NCBI GenBank assembly: GCA_905479615.1 | Contig: CAJQNH010000045.1 | Coordinates: forward strand, 1 to 48,802 | DNA length: 48,802 bases | Direction: 5' to 3' | From: an uncultured Eudoraea sp. | GTDB lineage: Bacteria; Bacteroidota; Bacteroidia; Flavobacteriales; Flavobacteriaceae | Shown: piece after piece, positions 11,498 through 21,393 of the stretch | Layout of the letters: each line of letters begins with the position of its first letter | How positions within the stretch are numbered: the first letter of the stretch is position 1 | Made by a program: the position numbers and the translations under genes | Notes under the pieces: generated by a model | What the model was told of the DNA's origin: nothing | Seen by the model: only the letters and a program-made list of their open reading frames with translations | Databases searched by the model: none

Positions 11498-12610
11498 ATG
11501 ATGAAAAAAAATTACGCAAATAGCTCGGCATTTTTTCTTGTGATACTAATGTTTTTCTGCATTCAAGGTATTGCACAATTAGATCTGCCCAGGGGGAGTC
11601 AAAAGGCAAAAGTATCACAGCAAATAGGAATTTCTGATATCTCAATTTCATATTCGAGGCCAGCTGTAAAAGATCGCGAGGTATGGGGTAAATTAGTGCC
11701 TTACGGGATGAACAACCTGGGTTTTGGTACAGCAAAAGAGTCCCCTTGGCGAGCTGGTGCAAATGAAAATACTGTAATCAAATTTACAGATGATGTTAAG
11801 ATTGAAGGGCAACCATTGAGTGCAGGAAAATATGGACTTCATATGATAATTTATGAAGACAACAAGGCGACGGTGATATTTTCAAAAAACTTCGAGGCCT
11901 GGGGTAGTTATTTTTACGAACCTTCTGAAGATGTCGTCAGAGTTGATGTTATAACAAAGGAGATACCGCATACTGAAGAACTAACTTACCAATTCACTCA
12001 GGTTAAAGCTAATTCTGCAATTGCTTCCTTAAACTGGGGTAAAAAAGGAATACCTTTTAAAATTGAGGTGGACGTTACTAATATTGTCCTGGCAGACATT
12101 CGACATAAACTACAGAATTCTCCTGGATTTAATCGTCAAACCTGGGAACAAGCAGCTAATTATTCTCTGAATAATGGAGGTGACCTTGATGAGGCACTTG
12201 GGTGGATAGATGCCACACTGGCAGGAATGTTTTTTAGTCAAAAAAACTTCAATAATCTTAGCATAAAAGCAAAAATCCTTACCAAGCAGGGAAAAAAAGC
12301 GGAAGCAGATGCTGTTATGGATGAAGCGTTAGGGCTTGCAACAATATTTGAGGTTCATGGATATGGACGGCAATTAATTGCTCAGGGAGAGAAGGAAAAA
12401 GCGCTGGAAGTTTTTAAAATGAATGCAAAAAAGAATAAAGGACAATGGCCTGTTGATTATGGGTTGGCCAGAGCTTATTCAGCTATGGGTGATAATAAGT
12501 CCGCTTTAAAGCATTTGAAAATTGCTGCTCAGAGAGCACCTGACCAGCAAAATAAGGATGCCATAGCTGCTAATATAACTAAGCTAGAAAACGGCGAAGG
12601 AATTAACTAA
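11498..12610 (+). CDS. Secreted DUF2911-domain protein with C-terminal TPR repeats
   Basis: Signal peptide ending GIA-Q. DUF2911-like motifs PRGSQ, YSRPAVK, WRAGANENT and AGKYGL. C-terminal TPR-like helices. Confidence 0.85.
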   Translation: MMKKNYANSSAFFLVILMFFCIQGIAQLDLPRGSQKAKVSQQIGISDISISYSRPAVKDREVWGKLVPYGMNNLGFGTAKESPWRAGANENTVIKFTDDVKIEGQPLSAGKYGLHMIIYEDNKATVIFSKNFEAWGSYFYEPSEDVVRVDVITKEIPHTEELTYQFTQVKANSAIASLNWGKKGIPFKIEVDVTNIVLADIRHKLQNSPGFNRQTWEQAANYSLNNGGDLDEALGWIDATLAGMFFSQKNFNNLSIKAKILTKQGKKAEADAVMDEALGLATIFEVHGYGRQLIAQGEKEKALEVFKMNAKKNKGQWPVDYGLARAYSAMGDNKSALKHLKIAAQRAPDQQNKDAIAANITKLENGEGIN

Positions 12611-12634
12611 AATTCTTTCTGTTTGAATGTAATA

Positions 12635-12663
12635 TTAAGAGCCGGAGGAATTCCGGCTCTTAA
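12635..12663. terminator. Hairpin between the convergent DUF2911 gene and recG
   Basis: 12-bp perfect stem TTAAGAGCCGGA/TCCGGCTCTTAA with a 5-nt loop, overlapping the recG stop. No strong U-tract. Confidence 0.65.
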
Positions 12664-14765
12664 CTTATATAATTCCAGATATTCTTGTGCTTCATTAATT
12701 GGGCATAGGCATATCTGATTTGTATATTATCTTCTTTCTGCAATCCGGGATCTTCATTAAGAATCTTTATAGCATAATATCTGGCGGTTTTTAAGATATC
12801 ATTATCCTTTACAATATCAGCAATTTTTAAGTTTAATATCCCACTTTGCTGGGTTCCCATCAAATCACCGGGTCCGCGTAATTTTAGGTCTACTTCTGCA
12901 ATTTCAAATCCATCATTAGTACTTGTCATGGTTTCGAGTCTGGTTTTTGCCTCAGAAGTTAATTTATGACTACTCATAAGGATACAATAGCTCTGTTCGG
13001 CTCCGCGGCCAACACGACCTCTTAGTTGGTGCAACTGCGAGAGTCCGAAGCGTTCTGCACTTTCTATAATCATAACGGAAGCATTAGGAATGTTTACACC
13101 TACTTCAATGACTGTTGTGGCGACCATTATTTGGGTTTCTCCTTTAACAAAGCGCTCCATCTCATAATCTTTATCCTGTGATTTCATCTTACCGTGCACT
13201 ATTGAAATCTGATAATCCGGTAAGGGAAAATCTCGTACAATACTCTCATAGCCATCCATCAAATCCTTATAATCCAGCACTTCTGACTCCTGAATTAGTG
13301 GATAAACAATATATACCTGTCTTCCCTTCTTTATTTCATCTCGCAAGAATTGAAACACTTTTAATCGGTTGTTGTCAAACCTATGTACCGTCTTTACAGC
13401 TTTTCTGCCGGGAGGCAGCTCATCAATTACTGAAATATCAAGGTCCCCATAAAGGCTCATCGCCAAAGTTCTTGGAATGGGGGTTGCAGTCATAACCAAA
13501 ATGTGCGGAGGTACTTCATTCTTATGCCATAATTTAGACCTTTGAGCAACACCAAACCTGTGTTGTTCATCAACTATAGCTAACCCTAGATTTTTAAATT
13601 TAACCTTATCTTCTAATACCGCGTGTGTACCAATAAGAAGATCAAGGGTACCATCTTCGAGTTGCTCATGAATAACTTTTCTCCTGGCTTTTTTAACTGA
13701 TCCGGTAAGTAGTGCCACTCGAACACCAATGTCTCCTAATAATTCTTTTATTCCTTTAAAATGCTGGTTAGCCAATATTTCTGTAGGGGCCATTAAACAC
13801 GCCTGATAATCATTATCCAGTGCTAATAAAATAGTCATTAAGGCTACTACCGTTTTGCCAGATCCCACATCCCCTTGTAAAAGGCGATTCATTTGAGCTT
13901 TACTACCCAGATCCGTCCTTATTTCTTTGATAACTTTCTTTTGAGCAGCGGTAAGTTCAAAAGGCAGATGGTCTTTATAAAACTTGTTAAAAAGGGTACC
14001 TACTTTTTCAAAGGGATAGCCTTTTATTTTTTGTTTTCGAATTAACTTTTTTGAGATGAGCTGTAATTGAATGTAAAATAATTCTTCAAATTTCAGGCGA
14101 AACTGGGCTCTTGATAATAGTTTAAGGTCCTTGGGGAAGTGAATATTAAACATGGCCTCTGTTTTCGATACCAGCCTGAGATCCTCAAGGATAGTGGGGG
14201 AGAGGGTTTCTTTAAATTCTCCCTTTGTTTCAATAAATAATTGTTGTACCAATTTGCTGATTACTCTGTTCGTAATCCCCCGGGCACTTAATTTTTCGGT
14301 GGAAGGATATATTGGTTGCAAGGACACTTTTATTCCTTTTTCATGTTCAGAAAGCAATTCCATTTCCGGATGTGGCATTGAAAATTTGCCACTAAACCAA
14401 TTAGTTCTTCCAAAAACGACATAAGGAGTATTCAGTTTAATGTTTTCCCGAATCCATTTCTGCCCTCGGAACCAAACCAGCTCCATTTCGCCGGTAGCAT
14501 CCTCAAATCTGGCGACAAGCCGGCTTCCTTTTTTTTGCTCTACAGTTTTAATATGTATAATTTTCCCAATAAGTTGAACATCGGCATTTCCTCTTTGTAA
14601 CTCATTAATTTTATAATACCTCGTTTTATCAATATACCTATTGGGAAACAGATTAATCAAATCCTGGTAAGTCACTATCCCTAACTCCGAGTGCAATATT
14701 TCAGACCTGTTCGGACCAACACCTTTCAAATAAGTAACGGGGGTTTGAAGATAGTTTGTATTCAT
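12660..14765 (-). CDS. recG: ATP-dependent DNA helicase RecG (start set at ATG 14765 rather than 14831)
   Basis: LKGVGP, LQGDVGSGKT, DEQHRFGV, MTATPIPRTL, QLRGRVGRG, DLKLRGPG. Confidence 0.97.
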   Translation of the reverse strand: MNTNYLQTPVTYLKGVGPNRSEILHSELGIVTYQDLINLFPNRYIDKTRYYKINELQRGNADVQLIGKIIHIKTVEQKKGSRLVARFEDATGEMELVWFRGQKWIRENIKLNTPYVVFGRTNWFSGKFSMPHPEMELLSEHEKGIKVSLQPIYPSTEKLSARGITNRVISKLVQQLFIETKGEFKETLSPTILEDLRLVSKTEAMFNIHFPKDLKLLSRAQFRLKFEELFYIQLQLISKKLIRKQKIKGYPFEKVGTLFNKFYKDHLPFELTAAQKKVIKEIRTDLGSKAQMNRLLQGDVGSGKTVVALMTILLALDNDYQACLMAPTEILANQHFKGIKELLGDIGVRVALLTGSVKKARRKVIHEQLEDGTLDLLIGTHAVLEDKVKFKNLGLAIVDEQHRFGVAQRSKLWHKNEVPPHILVMTATPIPRTLAMSLYGDLDISVIDELPPGRKAVKTVHRFDNNRLKVFQFLRDEIKKGRQVYIVYPLIQESEVLDYKDLMDGYESIVRDFPLPDYQISIVHGKMKSQDKDYEMERFVKGETQIMVATTVIEVGVNIPNASVMIIESAERFGLSQLHQLRGRVGRGAEQSYCILMSSHKLTSEAKTRLETMTSTNDGFEIAEVDLKLRGPGDLMGTQQSGILNLKIADIVKDNDILKTARYYAIKILNEDPGLQKEDNIQIRYAYAQLMKHKNIWNYIS

Positions 14766-14813
14766 GGAACGAAAATAATGGTTACTGGATACAACTGCAA
14801 TACTACAAAATGC

Positions 14814-14821
14814 TAATTTTG
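14814..14821 (+). promoter_or_regulatory. -7 promoter element for the M1 peptidase/patatin pair
   Basis: TAATTTTG about 25 bp upstream of ATG 14847. Confidence 0.5.
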
Positions 14822-14846
14822 GTCTGACCATTGTACAATAACAATT

Positions 14847-16937
14847 ATGAATTTTATTAATTCACTTTTATTCTTTCTTATAACGGGGTTTTTATTTTGT
14901 CAGCCGCAGCCTTCGGTTGATTTCTTTAAAGCGGATATAAACATAATACCAGATCCAGATTATAAAAGAATAAATGGCAAAGTAACCTATTCGTTTAAAG
15001 TACTCAATAAGACAGATTCTGTTTTTTTGGACGCCAAAAATATGGACTTCTCATCTGTTTTATTGAACGGGAAAAAAGTGCGACATACAAATACTACGGA
15101 AAAAATAGTTTTTTATAAAAAGCTTAAAGCAGACAAAACGTATCAGTTAACACTGGATTATTCTACAATTCCAGAGCAAACGGTTTACTTTTTAGGATGG
15201 AAAGACTCAATACCTGATAATAATCAAATATGGACTCAGGGCCAGGGAAAATATACCAGTCACTGGCTTCCCAGTTTTGATGATATGAATGAAAAAGTTG
15301 AGTTTGATCTTAGTATCACTTTCGATAAAGCGTATGAAGTTATCGCAAATGGTAAATTAAAGGATACACTTTTAAATAAATCCCTGAGAACCTGGTTTTT
15401 TGATATGAATAAGCCAATGAGCAGTTATCTGCTAGCTTTTGCGATTGGGAATTATAACTGTAAGAAGTTTAAAAGTAAAAGCGGAATTCCTGTAGCGCTT
15501 TATTATTATCCTGCGGACAGCTTAAAAGAAGAACCAACTTATAGATATAGCAAGGAAATTTTTGATTTTCTTTCAGACGAAATCGGGATAGCTTATCCGT
15601 GGCAGAATTACAAACAGATACCTGTACGTGATTTTTTATATGCAGGGATGGAGAATACCGGGACTACCATTTTTTCTGATGCGTTTGTAATTGATAGTGT
15701 CGCCTTCGTGGATAAGAATTATGTAAATGTGAACGCTCATGAAATGGCCCATCAGTGGTTTGGAAATCTGGTAACGGAAAAAGATGGGAATCATCATTGG
15801 CTTCATGAAGGGTTTGCCACATATTATGCACTACTGGCAGAAAAAAAACTATTTGGCGAGGATTACTTTTATTGGAAACTTTACGAATCTGCAAAACAAT
15901 TGCAACTATTATCCAGTCAGGGTAAAGGAGAGGCTCTAACGAACCCTAAAGCCAGTAGTTTAACCTTTTATGAAAAAGGAGCATGGGCACTTCATATCCT
16001 TAGAAACACCTTGGGGGATAAAGCCTTTAGGGAGGGTATGCGATCCTATTTGAATAGATATGAATATTCTAATGTCACAATATCGGATTTTATTCGAGAG
16101 ATGCAACAGTTCAGTGATTCTGATCTTAAGGAATTTGAGCAAACCTGGCTTTTAGACACAAAATTCCCCTATGAAGAAGTGAAGAAATTACTTGTAGAAT
16201 CTTCTCCTGATTTGCAAACTTATTTTGCCCTTCAATGGGAATTGACATCCAGTAACACCAATAATGAACAACTAATTAAAAAGGTATGGGATAATAATTC
16301 ATCACACCGGATAAAGGAAAATATCCTTCTGGACTATCATAAATCTTTGTCGGAAAATTTTTTAAAAAATGCTTTCACTACAGAAGACTTGAAGACAAGG
16401 CAGGCTTTATGTATTACAACTGATAGAATTCCTTCCGGGCTTAAAGAACAATTTGAATCATTATTGCAGGATAATAGCTATATTACAATTGAAAATGCAC
16501 TTTACCGTTTGTGGATATCCTATCCTGATCTTAGAATAACCTATTTAGAAAAAACGAAGGAAATTATTGGCCTTCCCAATAAAAATGTACGCTTGCTTTG
16601 GCTCTTTTTGGCAGTATTAACGAAAGACTATTTAGATGATGTAGAGAAGGCCGATTATACGGAAGAATTATTTGGATATACCGCAGCAGAATATTCGTTT
16701 GAGGTACGGCAGAATGCCTTTTCTTTACTAGCTGAGGTTTTCCCTTTGACGGATCAAAATCTGTTGGATTTAATTAATGCCTCAGTTCATCATTCCTGGC
16801 AATTCAGAAATTTTGCCAGAAACCTGATAGAAAGACTATTAAATGACGACAAACAAAAAGAACGATTACTTAAATTGTCCAAGGAACTAAAGGGAAAAGA
16901 ATTGCGTTATATAAAAAGTAAACTGGAGGAAGAATGA
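14847..16937 (+). CDS. Secreted M1 family zinc aminopeptidase
   Basis: Signal peptide, MSSYLLAF, AGMEN, HEMAH-x18-E (WLHEG), YEKGA and a helical C-terminal domain. Confidence 0.92.
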   Translation: MNFINSLLFFLITGFLFCQPQPSVDFFKADINIIPDPDYKRINGKVTYSFKVLNKTDSVFLDAKNMDFSSVLLNGKKVRHTNTTEKIVFYKKLKADKTYQLTLDYSTIPEQTVYFLGWKDSIPDNNQIWTQGQGKYTSHWLPSFDDMNEKVEFDLSITFDKAYEVIANGKLKDTLLNKSLRTWFFDMNKPMSSYLLAFAIGNYNCKKFKSKSGIPVALYYYPADSLKEEPTYRYSKEIFDFLSDEIGIAYPWQNYKQIPVRDFLYAGMENTGTTIFSDAFVIDSVAFVDKNYVNVNAHEMAHQWFGNLVTEKDGNHHWLHEGFATYYALLAEKKLFGEDYFYWKLYESAKQLQLLSSQGKGEALTNPKASSLTFYEKGAWALHILRNTLGDKAFREGMRSYLNRYEYSNVTISDFIREMQQFSDSDLKEFEQTWLLDTKFPYEEVKKLLVESSPDLQTYFALQWELTSSNTNNEQLIKKVWDNNSSHRIKENILLDYHKSLSENFLKNAFTTEDLKTRQALCITTDRIPSGLKEQFESLLQDNSYITIENALYRLWISYPDLRITYLEKTKEIIGLPNKNVRLLWLFLAVLTKDYLDDVEKADYTEELFGYTAAEYSFEVRQNAFSLLAEVFPLTDQNLLDLINASVHHSWQFRNFARNLIERLLNDDKQKERLLKLSKELKGKELRYIKSKLEEE

Positions 16938-17842
16938 GAGCTTTAGTCATATCCGGGGGTGGAAGTAAAGGGGCCTTTGCGGGAGGGGTTGCCCAATACC
17001 TAATGCAGGAATTAGGTCATAATTATGACCTTTTCCTCGGGACATCTACAGGTAGTTTGTTAATTTCACATCTGGCACTTCAAAAGATTCAAAAAATTAA
17101 GGAAGTTTATACATCTGTAGATCAGGACAGTATCTTTAGCAACTGCCCTTTTGTGATTCAAAATAAATATGGTGTTGCTAATATTGGTATCAATCACTGG
17201 AATGTGCTAAAGAACTTTTACAGAGGTAGCAAAACTTTTGGCGAAAGCCACAATCTTTTGGAACTAATAAAAAATACTATCACACCTGAAGAGTTCGAGA
17301 TTCTTAAATCCGGTCCAAAGGACATTGTAGTTACAGTTTCCAATCTTTCTCTAAATACTGTAGAGTACAAATCTATAAAGGACTTTGAGTATGAGGATTT
17401 TTGTGAATGGATTTGGATTTCTTGCAATTATACCCCTTTTATGAGCTTGGTAAGAAAAGAAGGCTGTGAATATGCTGATGGGGGACTTGGCAGTATGGTG
17501 CCCATTGAGGAGGCCATTATGAGAGGGGCCACAGAAGTAGATGCAATTATTTTACATACTGAAGTAACTCATTTCAACAGAATGCCTTCTAAGAATGCAT
17601 TTTCGCTCCTGACCAGTATGTTTGCATTTATGTTAGATAGAATTGAGCGTCAGAACATCAGAATTGGAAAATACGTTGCCAATAACAATAATGCAATCAT
17701 CAATTTGTATTACACCCCTACAGTGCTGACAACTAATTCATTAATCTTTGATAAAGATAAAATGACAACCTGGTGGGAAAAGGGATTTGAGTTTGCAAAG
17801 ACTAAAAATGTTGAAATAAGTGCTTTTGAACCTGAACAGTAA
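16934..17842 (+). CDS. Patatin-like phospholipase
   Basis: GGGSKG, GTSTG (catalytic Ser), DGG. ATGA overlap with the upstream gene. Confidence 0.93.
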   Translation: MRALVISGGGSKGAFAGGVAQYLMQELGHNYDLFLGTSTGSLLISHLALQKIQKIKEVYTSVDQDSIFSNCPFVIQNKYGVANIGINHWNVLKNFYRGSKTFGESHNLLELIKNTITPEEFEILKSGPKDIVVTVSNLSLNTVEYKSIKDFEYEDFCEWIWISCNYTPFMSLVRKEGCEYADGGLGSMVPIEEAIMRGATEVDAIILHTEVTHFNRMPSKNAFSLLTSMFAFMLDRIERQNIRIGKYVANNNNAIINLYYTPTVLTTNSLIFDKDKMTTWWEKGFEFAKTKNVEISAFEPEQ

Positions 17843-17862
17843 TTAATTTTCCTTTAAGAGAA

Positions 17863-18381
17863 TTACCAAATTTCTCCAATTTCCTTTTTCACATAAGCAA
17901 GAGCTGTTGCCGAAGGAGATTGTTTATCCATAGTTTCATTTAGAATATCTTCACGCAACTTGTCAGCAGAGTCAGATTCACTCATTCCGACTTTTCTTAT
18001 AGATTGAATTGTAGCATTTTTAGCTGCTTTAATAATATTCCAACAATCATCACTCATATAGATCTGTTGTGATAAATTGTGATCGAATTCGTTTTCTATA
18101 CTTCGGATTAATAATTGCTCGTAGGCATTTTTGTCAGCAGATTTAGGTGCTACCCGAACTACAAGGCTGGGTATTGAGATACGCTCCAAAAATAGCGCCA
18201 TACGTTCATAGGCTTGCAAGCGTATAGGCATGGCGTCTTTTTGAGAATCCTTGTGAAGTAAAAATCTTCTGCGACCTTCCTCGTTTCTGGTATGTAATCT
18301 AAAAAAATAAAAAGCTATAGCGCCGGTTACCACAGCAGGTAATAAATATGCAAATAGTTGAAAAATTCCGTCCCCAGTCAT
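17863..18381 (-). CDS. Hypothetical protein with an N-terminal membrane anchor
   Basis: 172-aa ORF with a hydrophobic N-terminal helix, then a helical domain (LQAYERMALFLERI, EFDHNLSQQIY). Confidence 0.8.
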   Translation of the reverse strand: MTGDGIFQLFAYLLPAVVTGAIAFYFFRLHTRNEEGRRRFLLHKDSQKDAMPIRLQAYERMALFLERISIPSLVVRVAPKSADKNAYEQLLIRSIENEFDHNLSQQIYMSDDCWNIIKAAKNATIQSIRKVGMSESDSADKLREDILNETMDKQSPSATALAYVKKEIGEIW

Positions 18382-18498
18382 GTTTTGGTATTTTAGTTTG
18401 GTTTATGGATGTAGAACGTTAGATTATTCAAAAAATTATAGCTTCATTTTAACTTAATACGAAAGTTGTATTGTATCAATATCCGAGGATACCTCCTT

Positions 18499-19272
18499 TC
18501 ATTTCTTCATATTCTGTCTTAAGTTAAGGTAGAATAAATTGAAATCAGGGTGTAGCTTAATATATAAAGAACCGGATAAGTCTGTTTTTCTGGAGACCGC
18601 AATTCGTCCTGCTTTAACATCAGCAGTATTCCCAATAATTGTAGTTACAGAAGCAGCCTGTCCATAGACAATATCCCAACTAAGAGCGTCATCTGTGTGG
18701 AATTCAAGAGTAACCGCCATATCAGGATTTGCTTTAATTATTCCCGCAATTTTACCAAGAGATTCTGTAGCTCCGGCTTGTAATTCTGTACTGTTAGAAT
18801 TGGCTCCAAATAAGGTGGCATTATCCATAATTACAATAACTGACCCGCGTTCAACTTTTATATTTGCATTTTCCCCCAAGGTTTGCTTGAAATTGGTAAG
18901 CACGAGCAGCGAAATGGAGTCATTACTGGTTAATGCGTCATTAATAAATTTCAGTTCCGCTTCTTTCTTTCTCAGACTTTCCATTACGCTGCCCAGGTTG
19001 TCCAACTTATTATTAGATTGTGCGGTGATATTATTTAAATTAGTCAGCAATGTAGCGTTATTCTCCTCCAGGCCCTGCAACTGACTTTCAAAAGAATCTG
19101 CTCTGGTTTTACTTATTTTTTCATTTTTTTTGGATTCTAAAAGTTCGGCCTTAGTACTTTCCAACTCGGCATTTAAACTGTTAACCTGAGCTACAAGTTC
19201 TTTTTTATTCTGTGCTTGCAAAGCACCGCCAAATAAAAGTAAAAAGAGAAATGATAAAGTAATTCTATTCAT
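18499..19272 (-). CDS. Secreted coiled-coil protein with a degenerate OmpA/MotB-like C-terminal domain
   Basis: Signal peptide LQA-Q, long heptad region and EFHTD. Layout parallels the 25395..26246 protein. Confidence 0.7.
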   Translation of the reverse strand: MNRITLSFLFLLLFGGALQAQNKKELVAQVNSLNAELESTKAELLESKKNEKISKTRADSFESQLQGLEENNATLLTNLNNITAQSNNKLDNLGSVMESLRKKEAELKFINDALTSNDSISLLVLTNFKQTLGENANIKVERGSVIVIMDNATLFGANSNSTELQAGATESLGKIAGIIKANPDMAVTLEFHTDDALSWDIVYGQAASVTTIIGNTADVKAGRIAVSRKTDLSGSLYIKLHPDFNLFYLNLRQNMKK

Positions 19273-19329
19273 AAGGAATTTAGATTAATTAGAAAATTGG
19301 GTTTTTAATCCTTCTTTTAAAATGTGACA

Positions 19330-19358
19330 CAAAAATAAGTCATTTAAAGTTTCTCCAA
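19330..19358 (-). promoter_or_regulatory. Bacteroidota sigma70 promoter (TTG-N18-TATTTTTG)
   Basis: CAAAAATA at 19330-19337 and CAA at 19356-19358 on the plus strand, upstream of the 19272 start. Confidence 0.5.
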
Positions 19359-19440
19359 TTCTTTCTTTGTCAATTAATTGTATTCTAAAATAGATTGTAT
19401 CCAATAAATGATCGGTTTAAGGCAAGTGAAAAATTCAATT

Positions 19441-20715
19441 TCACATATTTAAGTAATCCAGACTCATTTCGGTAAGCGCTTTCACCCCTAGAAGTAAACC
19501 GCTATCATCAATTAAAAAATCTGGCGTATGGTGCGGAAAGGACACACTATTTCCGGGTGTCATCCCCCCTAAGAAAAAGAAAAAACCAGGTACTTTCTCC
19601 TGAAAATAAGAGAAATCTTCCGCCCCGGTAACGGCATTCTGAGTCTGGACATTGACCTCCCCGGCAGCACGTTGTATAGTAGGCAACATTTGAACAACCA
19701 GCTCCGGATCATTATAGGTAATAGCTGTATTATTATGAATTTCTATCGAGGCCTCACCTCCATAAGCTTTTGCAATAGCAGGCACCATTTCCTCCATTCT
19801 TCGGTTGATCATTTTTTGCATATTATAATCCAGGGTACGAATAGTACCGATCAATTCTGCACTTTCGGGAATAATATTAAAACGAACCCCGCTTTTAATT
19901 TTACCAACGGTGATAACAGCGGCTTCATTGGTTAGATCGGCTTCCCTACTAATAATGGTTTGCAGCGCATCTATAATTTTTGCACTTATAAGTATTGGAT
20001 CTACACCTAACCAGGGCTGTGAACCATGACTTTGTTTACCTTTTATATTGATAACAAAACGTTGTGATGCTGCCATAGTGCCCCCGGATTTATACCTGAT
20101 GACCCCTACCGGAGTAGCAGAATTAATATGAAGTCCAAAAATTGCATCTACATCCGGGTTTTTCAACACTCCTTCTTTGACCATAAGAAGAGCGCCGCCT
20201 TCTTCCCCTGGAGGTGCACCTTCCTCTGCAGGCTGAAATATAAACTTGACAGTACCTTTTATTTTATCCTTATTTTTAGAAAGAACTTCAGCTACCCCCA
20301 TTAGAATTGCAGTATGGGTGTCATGCCCACAGGCATGCATAACTCCGACTTGCTCCCCAAGAAATTCTGAAGTAACCGTAGACTTAAATTCCAGATCATT
20401 ACGCTCAGTCACGGGTAGTGCATCAATATCGGCCCTAAGTGCAACAACTTTTCCGGGTAGATCTCCTTTCAAAACACCAACTACTCCGGTATGAGCAACA
20501 CCAGTTTGGACGGCAATACCCAGTGAATTAAGATGTGCAGCTATTTTTTCCGCAGTCTTGAATTCACGATTGGACAATTCCGGATTTTGATGTATCTCTC
20601 TTCTCCATTCTATAACCTTACTTTCAACAAGCTTATAGTCATTAGTTAAGTTCAGGTTCTGAGCCATGGCTGTGCTTCCGCAAAGAAATGCCGATAGAAG
20701 TATTAATTTATTCAT
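19441..20715 (-). CDS. Secreted M20D family amidohydrolase
   Basis: Signal peptide AMA-Q. HQNPELS, LRADIDALP, MHACGHD, FQPAEEG, AEDFS and PHH. Confidence 0.93.
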   Translation of the reverse strand: MNKLILLSAFLCGSTAMAQNLNLTNDYKLVESKVIEWRREIHQNPELSNREFKTAEKIAAHLNSLGIAVQTGVAHTGVVGVLKGDLPGKVVALRADIDALPVTERNDLEFKSTVTSEFLGEQVGVMHACGHDTHTAILMGVAEVLSKNKDKIKGTVKFIFQPAEEGAPPGEEGGALLMVKEGVLKNPDVDAIFGLHINSATPVGVIRYKSGGTMAASQRFVINIKGKQSHGSQPWLGVDPILISAKIIDALQTIISREADLTNEAAVITVGKIKSGVRFNIIPESAELIGTIRTLDYNMQKMINRRMEEMVPAIAKAYGGEASIEIHNNTAITYNDPELVVQMLPTIQRAAGEVNVQTQNAVTGAEDFSYFQEKVPGFFFFLGGMTPGNSVSFPHHTPDFLIDDSGLLLGVKALTEMSLDYLNM

Positions 20716-20719
20716 AGTA

Positions 20720-21274
20720 CTAAAATTTTATAAGTTGAAACCCATCGTCCTGAAGTTGAATTAATGCGGTCATGGCAGATAAGGCCAGCTCAACACCATC
20801 AATAGTTTCGGAAATAGGAATATTTCGTGAAAGGGATGATTGACCGCAAAATACTATCTCAACACCAGTATTTAAAAGTTTATTTATTAGTTCTTCATTT
20901 GGATTATCTGTGCCGTATCTACTCTTGTATTCTGAATTTTTCAGAAGATCCTTAGAGGCATTATTGTGCACTACAAGGGCTACTTTAAGATTGGCAAGCG
21001 GAACACCGCTCTGAGCATGCATATTTAAAAATCGGGCTGCAGTTTCAATACTTATATTCAGCTGGTCATATGATTCCGAAGAGTTCATAATATCAAAAAC
21101 CACCTTGTATTCTTTTGTGGGATAAGTTTTGAAATCGGGATTCTTTACGGTCCAAACTTCACCATATCCGCTAATTACCGGACCCGATGCTTTTGTTTGT
21201 GAATGCAAAGAAGTTAATCCGAATAAAAAACAGAATAAGAAATTAAAAAATGAATGTTTTGACATGTGCTTCAA
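20720..21274 (-). CDS. Secreted DsrE-family protein (start may be ATG 21265)
   Basis: Signal peptide LHS-Q. KVVFD, ALVVH, conserved Cys in FCGQS, LIQLQDDGF end. Confidence 0.82.
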   Translation of the reverse strand: MKHMSKHSFFNFLFCFLFGLTSLHSQTKASGPVISGYGEVWTVKNPDFKTYPTKEYKVVFDIMNSSESYDQLNISIETAARFLNMHAQSGVPLANLKVALVVHNNASKDLLKNSEYKSRYGTDNPNEELINKLLNTGVEIVFCGQSSLSRNIPISETIDGVELALSAMTALIQLQDDGFQLIKF

Positions 21275-21393
21275 TAGATTTTCTAAATATATTCAAATTG
21301 CAGACAACACGAAGTCAAAGTTCATAAATATTAGTTTATAACTTTTTCATGAGGTTAATTATGGCTAAATTCACTTCATAAAATGCCTATAGC

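Noticed and set aside
12644-12654. GGA-GGAAT-TCC matches the GGA-N5-TCC operator pattern
   Set aside because: It is the stem-loop junction of a terminator-like hairpin at the 3' ends of convergent genes, not in a promoter.
14766-14831. Extended recG N-terminus in the ORF track
   Set aside because: It overlaps the divergent promoter region, and RecG-like sequence begins at MNTNYL (14765).
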